Assembly: GCA_003568945.1 (NCBI GenBank)
Contig: BDIP01000083.1
Span: 1-32,915 of the forward strand
Length of the DNA stretch: 32,915 nt
Reading direction: 5' to 3'
Source: Kipferlia bialata
Lineage: Eukaryota
Positions 1 to 13,304 of the stretch are shown here, one piece after another (position 1 is the first letter of the stretch; each line of letters opens with the position of its first letter). The position numbers were made by a program, and so were the translations under genes. Below the pieces are notes generated by a model that saw nothing but the letters and a program-made list of their open reading frames with translations, was not told where the DNA came from and ran no database searches.

Positions 1-3000
1 GGTCAACGTCATTGTGGAGATTGCCATAAACAACAGGTACATAGGGTATATATATATACTACATGTATAGGTATACATATATACAAATATGTATATGAAT
101 ATATGATGGCAGTGGTCAACGTCATTGTGGAGATTGCCATATTATTATATACATATGTTTATGTAGATATGTATGTCAGTGTGGAGATATGTCAATGTAT
201 GGATATGTATATATATGTATATAGATATATAGAAATGTATGTAGTGTATACATACTGACCCCAGTGGCTTTGCCGCGTCTCTGTCCAGGCGTCTACTGGA
301 GCAGGGGGTGTCACTCATCGGACACCTGGCAGAGGAGCCATCAGGTGTGTACATATACGCGTTCACCCATGGTATTATGTATCTGCAGTCCACTATATAT
401 GCACAGTAGTGCTATTGGAATAGCTTACCGTCCAATACATATGAGGCACATTCCTATTCATCTACACAATTCTCTCTCACCCTAGGCGAGAACCTCGAGC
501 TCCTCAAGAACACCCTGCGTCTGTTGTTTGAGGGTGCAGTCAGGGGGGTGTGGGGGCTGGAGTACTATGCAAAGGTGGGTTTTATATGTAAGTGTATAAG
601 GGAGTATATATGGTCTCCACCTGTTTGGTTTTCTGGTTAATACAGCAGTGTGTTTATACCGTGTCACATATGTATGGTCACAGCCTGTCCCCTCTCATCT
701 CTATGCCACGCAACCTATGTGATTATTGTGGTTGTATTGATGTGTATACAGTGACTGTGCCCTCACTACCATGCCCCCTAATGTCTAGGCCTTCCGTACG
801 CTGTGCAGAGGGGTCAACAGCAGTGCCACACAGGTAGGGTGATATGTATATATATATATAGTATATTATATATATATACATAGAGAGAGAGAAACCTGTG
901 TGCAGAGTGGTCAAGGTGTTGCAACCCAGGTGCAGTGAAGCGAATTAAGTGAACCATATATATACCCATAGTTTATTTCATTATTGTAATTATACACCTC
1001 ACGTGAATATATGTGTATGTGTATGTGTATGTGTATATACCTCACCACAGGTCATGCGTGAAGAGAGGCAGAGGGCCAAGGACAGGGACAACAGAGAGCT
1101 GCCACCGGATGGGAGGTATGGTAGTGTGTACAGAGACTCTCTTTCTTATGAGCCTAGGTATCTAGTGCTCTTTACAATAATCATGTATATGTATATATAT
1201 ATATGTTAACAGAGAGTTGCCACCAGAGGGGAGGTATGGTAGTGTATCAAGTGCGACGTGTAAAGGGACTCTCGTTAGTGCTTAGTCTATCCAACTGCTC
1301 TGGGCCTGGTGTCTTGTGCTCGATATATTTGTATATCTATATGTATATCTGTTACTACTATTGTTACTCCTATCTCACCCCCAGGGGCCCCGGTGTCCTG
1401 TACCCTGTGCAACACTTGTGTATATATAATTATATATATATGTGTATATATGCAATACTCCTGTCTTATGCATAGGGGCCCCGGTGTCCTGTACCCTGTG
1501 CTGCTGGGACAGCTCAAGCTCAGTGTGCCAGGTATGTATCTATAGGCCTATAATGATGTGTATATATATACTATATGTATTGCAATGTGTGTTGGGACAG
1601 CTCAAGCTCAGTGTGCCAGGTACACTACTGTTATATACATATTGTATTCATACCTATGTATTGTATATACTATATGTATACTGTATGTATACTGTGTCAT
1701 GTACCCCGTGCTGCTGGGACAGCTCAAGCTGAGTGTGCCAGGTACACTACAGTGTATATGTATATATACCTATGTATTATGTACTATATATACTGTATAC
1801 TGTACCCCGTGCTGCTGGGACAGCTCAAGCTGAGTGTGCCAGGTACACTACTATTATATACATTTATACACATATTATGTATGTTAACTATATACTGTAC
1901 AGGTATGGATGCATTGTTGAGTATGTCATTTCTTTCTCTACATGTGTGTACATACCTCACCCCAGACCTCATTGGGGTCGGCCCAGTTGGCACTTCCCAC
2001 CTCATTACATACCATATCTCATTAAATATGTACATATATATATGTATGTATGTATATACACACATGTACACACCTCACCCCAGACCTGATTGGGGTTGGC
2101 CCTGTTGGCAGTCCCGACCCACCCCTGCCAGCACTCATGGACATGGAGGGAGGTGTGTATTTATATAGTATTATACATATAGTATTATACATACGTAGAG
2201 ATATATATATATATATAGTATGTTGTAGATAGACCCACCCCTGCCAGCACTCATGGACATGGGGGGAGGTATGGAAGGATGGCTGTGTATATATATACAT
2301 ATATACTATATATATTGCAATGTGTGTTTATGATTTAGTATACTGGTGTTGGATGATAGTATAATAATAGTGTATATAGGTACATCGACATGGAGTGGTA
2401 CAGTCACAAACACACATACTCTCTCTCCATCTACATACTAGCTATTCACCGTGTGCATCTGCGTCTCCCAAGTACATATCTCTGTACATATAAATATATA
2501 TATATATGCATATATATGCATATATACAGTCTGCTCTCTCCCTGTGTCTAGGGAACTTGCCCTATCTCACTATCCCCCACCCCCAGATGTCTCTGCCTCT
2601 CTCTAGTTTAGTAGTATATACTCTACACTATACAGCCTATTTAACTACTACCCCCAGATGTCTCTGCCTCTCTGCGACCCCTCCAGTCCAAGGACGAGCC
2701 ATGCTCAAAGGTATGGGTTGTAGTGTATAGTCTCTATATATAGTCTCTCGATATTGTATATATATACTATATATATAGTAGTATATGTATAGTGGTATAT
2801 ATGTCTGACGAGCCATGCTCAAAGGTATGGGTTGTAGTATATATATATGTCTGAACATGCTTATTATTATTATGAATGGCATCTATACTTCACTGAATAG
2901 CACTCTATAGGCCAAGGACGAGCCATGCTCAAAGGTATAGGTTGTGTATGTATATGTATCAATATTTCACATCAGGTTGACCCCGTCTCCCAGTCCCTTG

Positions 3001-3447
3001 GCGATGTCTACTGTGCCGTCCTGACCAATGTCCTGCAGTGCATGCTCAACATGCTCTATGCACTGTTAGACACAACAAAGAGAGTGATAGAGAGGAACAG
3101 GAGGTATAGTGTATATATGTATATGTATATATACATATATAGTAGAGTATATATGTCCTGCAGTGCATGCTCAACATGCTGTATGCACTGGGGGATACTA
3201 CAAAGAGAGTGATAGAGAGGAACAGAAGGTGTGGGGTATATGTATATGTATATATATATATATAGTAGAGTATATATGTATCTATGTTACCATAGTAACT
3301 GAGGAGTGTTCTCATATGTATTAGTGCCTACTAGTGGCTACTATCCAACGCTACGTTCTACTTCCAAACCCCCCCTTTACATACATAAATGTATATATGT
3401 ATTAATGTCTATATACACTACTTCCTACCCCCAGGGCCGTCCATATT

Positions 3448-3483
<36 letters not shown>

Positions 3484-6400
3484 TTACTTCCATCCCCCAG
3501 AGCCGTCCAGCGCACTGGTGTTGTATCCGATATATATGTATATATGTATTAATGTCTATATACAATACTTCCAACCCCCCCTTTACATATATATATATAT
3601 ATACAATTCCTCCAACCCCCAGGGCCGTGCAGCGCACTGGTGTGGTCACTGAGGTGAATGGAGAGTTGGAAGAGGCCTGGACACGGGTGGTGACACAGGA
3701 GCACGAGAGGATATACACGCTGCTAGGTAGTGATACAGTGATGCGTAGAATTATAGATACAGATATAGATACATTATGCATAAGCCACTGATTACTTTCG
3801 CACGAGAGGATATTCATTCTGCTAGTGGGTGGGGTCGTATGTGTATATGTGTGTAACTGACAACACTTATGCCACTGATTGTCTTCTGGGGCCTGCCATT
3901 GTGTCTGCATATCTAATCTAATATGTCTCCATATATCTCATCCTAGGATATGTGTGTCACTATAAGTTCGCATACTGATGTAGTGACACTTAGTATGTCT
4001 CCGTGTATCTCCTCAACCCCCCTTCTCATCCAGGCTATGTGTCTGTGTACGGGAACTTCAGAAAGAATGTGCTCAAGCCAACACCTGACCTGGAGGTATG
4101 TGATTATACGTATACGTATATGTATATGTATATATATCCATGTTCCAGTGCTGTTAAAAGCAGTATCACCCACAGATAGTATGCTATTACAGTGGCATCC
4201 TCATGTATGTATCACGTCAAGATTATTTATATATATATATATATATATATATTTATGGATATATATGCACGGTTCTCATTGACCCAGGTCAACCTGACTG
4301 AGGAGGATGACATGTTCATAGACTGGGCCAATGCAAGGGGGGGAGGTATATGTCAATGTGGATGTATGCCCATCCCCTGACCTCTTGAGTCATAGACCTC
4401 CCCTGTTCCTCTCTCTCTCTACCCTCCCTCCCTCCCTCCCTCTCCCCCTCAGGTGTTGACCTCCCCCACTTCAATGAGGCAGAGTCCATGTTCGATGACC
4501 AGATGACAGCAAACTTCTACAACGAGTGCGTATATATATACAGTAGTATATACTATATATACTACATGTACTGTATATACCATATAGTGTATACATACTA
4601 TATATACATGTTCGAAAACTTCTACAACGAGTACGACTATGCTTGACTCCTTATGACTATTGGACTTTTACAGACTGTATGTCTTGACTCTATCTGACTC
4701 CAGGCTCTACCCCCTTCGCAAGTCCCTGCCTGCTGCCATGTTCCCAGAGGTATCTCTCTCTCTCTCTCGCTTCCCTTCATTCATAGTCTTGTTAGCATAT
4801 TACTCCAATTGATGTATTGGTCTCCCTCTCCCTCCCTCTCTCTCTCCCCTCTCTCCTTTACCCCAGGTTGTTGAGACTGACGTCCCTGTGGAGAGACACG
4901 ACCCAAAGGAGGTACATCCATATATGTATTAGTATATATGTATGTATATATATATCATTTATTTATTGAGTGTTTCTATTCTATTTCTAATAGTATATGT
5001 ATGTGAATGACATATACTAATACTGAGAGACACGACCCAAAGGAGGTGGGGCATAGGGTGCATATCTATACATTGACATCTATCTATCTATCTATCTATT
5101 TATGTATATATATGTAGTCCCACAGGAGGTAAGTATAGAGTGACCCAAAGGAGGTACGGCATGTATATATACGCATTAGTACATATGCATAACGTACTGA
5201 GAGACCCGACCCAATGGGTGAACGGGGCAAGTGTACTACCATGATACCTTATGTACATTACCCATGTTCTACTATTCCAATTAGAATACATATATGTGGA
5301 TGACTCAAGGTAGGGTTGGGGCTCATGTACTATATGTCTATACATCTACATATGATATACTGATTCAAACCTATTATTACCCCTGTTCTACTCTTCCGCT
5401 CTGACCCCCAGGACGAGGACATTGTATATGTATATGTATAGTGTATATTACATAGTCATTATTAGTATCTGATACAAACCTATTACCCTGACCCCCAGGA
5501 CGAGGACATTGTACTCATATCCATATATGAGTGGCATATCTCTTCTTATATCTATTATATACTATTCTACTATGTACTATTCTAGCATTGACCCCCAGGA
5601 CGAGGACATTGTACTCGATCCAGCCACTGACATGTCACCAATCACAGAGGTACGCGGTTATGGGTGACACATTCGGTGTATCTACTCATATCATACCTAT
5701 GGTTGAGTTCCAGATTTGTGTCTGTTCTGTAAATGTATGCATTGTTATATGAGTATATACCCAGTGGTCAGGACCACACCTATATGTACTATATATGTGA
5801 ATATATCTATAGTATCTGTATGACCCATAGGACTACACCCCCTCCGAGGCTGAAAGTGGCCAGATTATATATTACTGTTTACAATAATATATATATATCT
5901 ATAGTATATATCTAACCCATAGGACTACCCCCCCTCCGAGGGTGAGAGTAGTCAGATTATATATTACTGTTTACCATAATATATCTTTATATCTATATAT
6001 ATATATATACATAACCCATAGGACTACCCCCCCTCCGATAGTGTCACTATTATTATTGTATACTATATATATATATATACCTGACCCCAGGACTACCCCC
6101 CCTCCGAGGGTGAGAGTGGCCAGATTATATAGTATTATTCATTATATATATTATATTATACATATATCTACAGTATATACCTGACCCATAGGACTACCCC
6201 CCCTCCGGGTGTGTCTTAGTATCAGTATCACTATTATCATTGTATATTATATGTCTATATCTATATATATATATCTATGTGACCCCAGGACTACACCCCC
6301 TCCGAGGGCGAGAGTGGCCAGAGCCCAGCAACCACAGACATCGACCAGGAGAGGGAGGTATGTATCCACTGTATATAAACTAAATAGATAAGTGATTGAA

Positions 6401-6595
6401 ATTATATGAATATGTCATATATGTCCTTGCTCAACAGACATCGACCAGGAGAGAGAGGTGGGTAGAGTGAATATGTAGATAGGTATATTTATAGAGAGAT
6501 AGAAGTGGGTCCTGTATTTCAATTAGATACATTTGTATCAGTATATACATATATACATCCCACCCCAGGTGAGGCCCCAGATCATGGATGCCCCT

Positions 6596-6638
<43 letters not shown>

Positions 6639-9600
6639 ATATGTGTATCCCACCCCAGGTGAGGCCCCAGATCATGGATGCCCTGCACCTAGGGGAGGGA
6701 GAGGGAGAGGGAGAGAGCGTGGCACCTGAGGCCAGGGTATGTTGTTAATCACTCCTCAGTTGATATATCTCTTTCACCTTGCTACTTCCAATGAATACAG
6801 TACTCTGTTCCAATGAATGCCACACCCTATTCCAATGAATGCAACACCCTATTCCAATGACATTAGGGGTCCAGGATGAAGGAGCTCCTCAGGCAGCTGC
6901 CACACCTTCTGAGCAGGTATGGGTGTGGATGTATGTACTGATCTTACCCAATGTGGTGATATGATCCTAATGATACACTGATTCCAATCATACAAGATAT
7001 CTCTCTTATGCTACATTCCCTTTTTCCAATGCTATCCCCCCCTATTCCAAACCCAGGGATGAGGCTGACACCTGGTGCTACCAGTATGTGCTGACCAACA
7101 GTAACACAACTAGGAGGTATGTATATATAGATAGATAGATATATAGATATATACTAGACGGATATATGGATATATACCAGTATGTGCTGACCAACAGTAA
7201 CACAACTAGGAGGTATGGTGTATATTTACATATATCTGCAATTGAGCTCTCTAAGTAGTATGCCGCCCCCGCCGGCCCTCTCACTCTCACCCACCCCTCT
7301 TCTCTGGTCTGTCAAGTGTTTTCTGTCCACTCATCCCAGAACCCTACTACTCTTCCACACCCCTCACCCACTCTACACTATCCCTTCACACCAGGACCCT
7401 CGTTGCCTTCCTCTCCTCATTCTCCTCGGCATCCACGGCGTCACTGCCCTTTGTCTGCAGGGTATGTGTAGTATATGTATATGATGTATGGATATGATGT
7501 GAATAGAGATATATATGATATATGATGTAGTCTACCCTGTGTGTGCAGGGTATGTGTAGTCTACGCATATGATATATAACTCTAATTTCTGTTATATATA
7601 CACCAATCTGTCTCTAACCCCAGGTCATAGCCACCCTGTATGAGTGCGGCATATTCACACACGGGTACGACAAGGGGCTGATCATATACATGTATTCATG
7701 GACAGTGTACCTCCTGATGACTTCGTATGCGTCGTATGCACATACATATCACTCCGTAGTAAACCAGATGAATCTCTTTCCCTATACAGCTCCTATCACA
7801 TTCCCCTAATGTGATTACCATTGAATAGCTGTACCCACAAGAGATGCCTCAGTGTACGTCAGATATATTCATCGCGTATCTCTAGCATCCCCCAACCCTA
7901 GTGGTGACCACCTAGTATGCCCACATATGACATGCACTGCATATATATACATATGTATACATATGTATCATATACTTTCCGTAGTGATGACGACCTAGTG
8001 ACAGCCGTGCACAAGGGATGATATGGACTATAATCATATTCTAATGTGCACAATGAATATATATGTATACATATACATATTGTACTCTCTCTAACCACCA
8101 AGGGATGACGACCTAGTGACAGCCGTGCACAAGAGATGGTTCAGCCTGATGCTCAAGGCCGGGGGTGACACCAGGCAGAGGGTGTTTAACGCGAGATATG
8201 TATGTGAACTTGTCAAGTTCCGTCTTCTGAAGCCCATTGACGTTTTGAGGTGTCTGCACAAGACAGCAAACAGGTCGGTGTTTGTATGATTCAATGTATA
8301 GTATTGTATGATAGTGATACTGATAGTATTGTATGATGCTGATACTGATGCTGATGCTGATACTCCACAAGACGGCAAACAGGTGGGTGTATGGATATAG
8401 ATCTATATATACTCATCATAACAGACTCTCTCTCTCTCTCTTCCCCTCCCCTGTACCTCACCCTAGGATTGTGTATGCCCCCTCTGTCAACTCGTGTCAC
8501 ATGTGTCTCTCTCCCTCCATCTCTCTCTCTCTCTCTTCCCCCCTCACCCCTAGGATTGTGTATGCCCCCTCTCTCTCTCTCTCTTTCTCTTACCCTCACC
8601 CCTAGGATTGTGTATGCCCCCTCTGTCAACTCATGTGACATTGAGGTGGTGTGTACAACCCTGGAGTCTCTAGGTACCAGTATATATAGTATGTAGTCGC
8701 TAGGTATCGGTATCATGCTATATAGTATGATATATAGTATATATATATATGTATATATATGTATTGTGTGACATTGAGGTGGAGTGTCCAACCCTGGTGT
8801 CGTTTGGGGGGCAGAGTGGCTATGACCTGCTAGTATTGTGTTCTGGGAGTCTCTGTACAGTATCGGTGTCTGTCTATCCACCTAATTATGTACCCACCCC
8901 CAGGCGAGTACCAGACCAAGCTGATCTCATTGCGTGTCATATATATAATATATTCCATAATATAACAAAGTATTGTATAAGAGTAGAATATATATACTCA
9001 CTTTCAGGCCGGTACCTGACCAAGCTTGGACACTCTGTGCATTATATGTATCAATCTATCTATCCATATATATATACATATATACCCACCCCCAGGCCGT
9101 TATCTGACCAAGCTGCCCAAGAGTGCACAGGCCCTGGACACCATCATACAGAGGATAGAGGAGGTATGGGTATATATGTATATGCATGTGTATGTATATG
9201 GATAGATGTGTTGATAGATGGACAAGCACTGGACACCATCATACAGAGGATAGAGGAGGTATCTACCCTCGTCCCTCACCTGTATTCTGTATCATTGATA
9301 TATATATATATCAGTAGCACAATTGATATTAGTATGGTGTATATATACCCTGACCCCTAGGCTGTGGCTGAGAAGAAGACCATCAAGCCCCACCTGGTCC
9401 TACTACTAGAGCAGTCCATCAACCTAGTGCACCCACCGGCACCAAAGGTGTGTGTCTGAGTATAGTATATATGTATACGTATATATGTATTAATAATTAT
9501 ATGTAGAGATTTAGATGTAGATGTAGAGCAGTCCATCAACCTAGTGCACCCACCGGCACCCAAGGTGATATACATAGATAGATACTGTACATTGATACTA

Positions 9601-10197
9601 TATATTTATAGACAAATATCTATGAACATCAACCTGGTACACCCACCGGCACCCAAGGTAGGTGTACTGTGGGTATATTCCTCATTCAGTGGTGGATTAT
9701 TCATCCCCCCTCTCTCCCACTGTGTATGCATATATATATATATCATTTCTATTCTTATTCACCCCTAGGGTCTCGATGTCAGACAGCCCCCCAAGATACA
9801 CCCCCTTCCATACATCTCTCTCTCTCTCTCTGCCCCTTCTCACCCCCCAGGGTCTCGATGTCAGACAGCCCCCCAAGATACTGCAGTACACCCAGTACAT
9901 CATGGACTGTCTCATGAGGTGTGTATATATTGATTGTGTGCGTAGCACTGTATACCCTGACCCCTAGCAATGTGACCATATAGTATGTATATGTATATAT
10001 ACATACCCTGACCCCTAGCAATGTGACCCCTGAGGCCAAGGAGGGGGACCAGCTCAGGGTGGCACAGGTACAGATGTGTACATATGTGTATTCATTATAT
10101 ATAGTGATATGTATGTATATACATATGTATGTGAATGTGAGTCCAAGGAGGGGGACCAGCTCAGAGTGGCACAGGTGGGTATATGTATATATAGTAG

Positions 10198-10239
<42 letters not shown>

Positions 10240-11818
10240 GGACGGGGACCAGCTCAGGGTGGCACAGGTACAGATGTGTGTGGATTCTATCTCTATGCAG
10301 CCTCACCCCAGATTGACATTGCCTTTGCGGCCAGAGTATATATATATATGCATACATGTATATAAGTGTATATGCCTGAACAAGTATATATACGGTGTAC
10401 CCTCACCCCAGATTGACATTGCCTTTGCAGCAAGGCTACATATATACATATATGTACATATACATTATTATATGTGTATGTATACCTACATACTTGTATA
10501 CGGTGTACCCTCACCCCAGATTGACATTGCCTTTGCAGCCAGGGAACTGGCCAGCATGTCATGGACACACCCACTGAAGGTATAGGCGACAGTGTAGTGG
10601 TATAGGTAAATTTCTATATGTCATATATATATACCCCCTGACCCCAGGAGAGTGCCTACATACCCCTGACCCCAGAGGAGGAGGCAGCCAGAAAGGGTGG
10701 GTCTATAGTGTGTATCTCTCTATATATACAGTGTATGTAATAGTATGTACCCCCTTGACCCCAGAGGAGGAGGCAGCCAGAAAGGGTGAGGAATGGGGGT
10801 GATTGAATATTGATTTTGCATNNNNNNNNNNNNNNNNNNNNNNNNNNNNNNNNNNNNNNNNNNNNNNNNNNNNNNNNNNNNNNNNNNNNNNNNNNNNNNN
10901 NNNNNNNNNNNNNNNNNNNNNNNNNNNNNNNNNNNNNNNNNNNNNNNNNNNNNTATGTAACAGTATATACACCCTGGACCCCAGTTGAGGAGGCAGCCAG
11001 AAAGGGTGGGAATGCAGTGTGTATGCAGTATTTGGATGTGTATATATATATATACATGTGCATAACGCATCCCTAATCAAAAGACAAGTCGATCCTTATT
11101 TGTATGATGCATTTTCTTATTATAGTGACCCATCCCCTTATTCTAATGACCAGCCAAGATACCCCATATATTCCAATTATGTATATCCTTATACCAATGA
11201 CCCATCCCCTTAATCTAATGGCAGCCAAGGGCAGGAGAGGCCGGAGAGGGGGCAAGGGTCAGGGTCCCAAGGCTGAGGCACCCCCAGTGACCACAACTAG
11301 GTACATATATGTATACTACGTATATATCGCATATAGCCAGGTACATAGATATATACTCGTATCCACAACTAGGTGCAAACACACCCTCTCTCTCTGTGTG
11401 TGTGTGTGGTACCTGAGCACTCTGGTGATGTACCATATACTCTCTCTCCCTCTCTCTCCCTACACCCTCAATGTCTGACCCCTCCAGTGATGCCGCAGAG
11501 CGTCTCAAGGAGTGGGACAAGGAGGATACACCGCAGCAAGGTGATATATATATATGTAAATGTGATAATTTTACAACTCTGCCACTGTTCTAGTGACACC
11601 ACGACCAGACTACTACCGCCTCGATATACGAACATACACGAATGATGCATGACTCTACCATGTAAATATACATATATAATATATATATATACATATTATA
11701 TATATATATGTCTATACACTAACACCAGGCGAGGACCGTCTAATCACGAGTGACCTCCTAGTTGCCTCTGTCATACAGCCCATCCTGGTCAACCACAGCT
11801 CCATAGAGAGGTATACAC

Positions 11819-11866
<48 letters not shown>

Positions 11867-13267
11867 ATAGGATACTGTCATACAGCCCATTTGGTCAATG
11901 GGAGGTGGTGTATATATGTAGAGAGGGGAAGTAAATGGACTATTCAAGTATCCTCCCCCTTCACCACCTTTATTAATTCTCATTGCGCACTTGTGCCTCC
12001 CCCCCCCCCAGGATTGCGCAGGATGATGGCTCTCTCTCTCTCTAAAAAGTGAGAAAGTCGGAGTATCATACGCCTCACCCCCAGGATTGCCCAGCTTGTT
12101 GGTCTGATGCTGGTACCAATGAAGGAGAGGGAGAGAGAGAAGAAGAGAGAGAAGGAGAGGCAGGCCCGGCAGGTATATATATTATATAATGTATAGTATG
12201 TAGGTATGGGGCCATTGCACTCAGTGCCACATACCACACGTATATCACTACATGTCTCATCCCCCTCTGCCCCCTCACCCCAATCCAATAACCAATCACT
12301 TACCCCCCAGACCAAGTCCCAGCCTGACAACTATGATATATATAGAGAGTATATATTATATTATGTACGGGGTCATTGCACTCAGTGCTACATACCCCAC
12401 ATATATATCACTACATGATGCATCCCACCCTGCCCCTTCACCCCCCAGACCAAGTCCCAGCCTGACACCCCTGCCAAGGACACACAGCCAGGTATAGTAT
12501 GCATAGTATACAGCATAGTATATACACTATTTATACATAGTGTATTTACGCAATATACTATACTGTATTTATATATATTGACACCCCTGCCAAGGACACA
12601 CAGCAAGGTGAGAGGGGGTATAGTATGTGTGTCTATATATATATGTATATATATACACGGTATATGTATGGTATACTATATATATTGACACCCCTGCCAA
12701 GGACACAGGGTCAGGTATGACCAGCGTATATGCAGTGGTGTATTTGTGCTATGATATGTGAATGTACATATGGTATACATAGATGCACATTGCTAACCAC
12801 CAGAGTACCCCATGAACCCCCAGAGGTTCAGAATGACCACATACCAGGAGGGGCAGGCTACATATGCTGCATCATTGATAGGTATATATATATATGTATA
12901 TAGGTATGTATATATATATATAGTGTGTGTGTGTATATATATAGTTATATGACCACATACCAGGAGGGACAGTCCACATATACTGCATCACTCATAGGTG
13001 TGTGTGTATATATTTGAATGTATGTATACACAGCCAGTCTCATAGATACTTGGTGAGTATGTATATATGTATGTATGTAACATTGCAGCATCACTGATAG
13101 GTAGAGACTCTAACACCATGATGACCATATTTGTTAGATACACTCCTTCTTCCAGTAATAGATACACTGCCCCACAAACCCTTTTCGTCTCTCTCCCTCT
13201 CTCTCTCTCTCTCTCTGTATATATATACCCCTCAGCCCTCAGTTGACACCCTTGTCCACATGCACCT

Positions 13268-13304
<37 letters not shown>

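Noticed and set aside
5820..6310. CRISPR-like repeat-spacer pattern (also at 14680-15110 and 29090-29500)
   Set aside because: Repeats are copies of exon edges, spacers are low-complexity and variable in length, there are no cas genes and the context is eukaryotic
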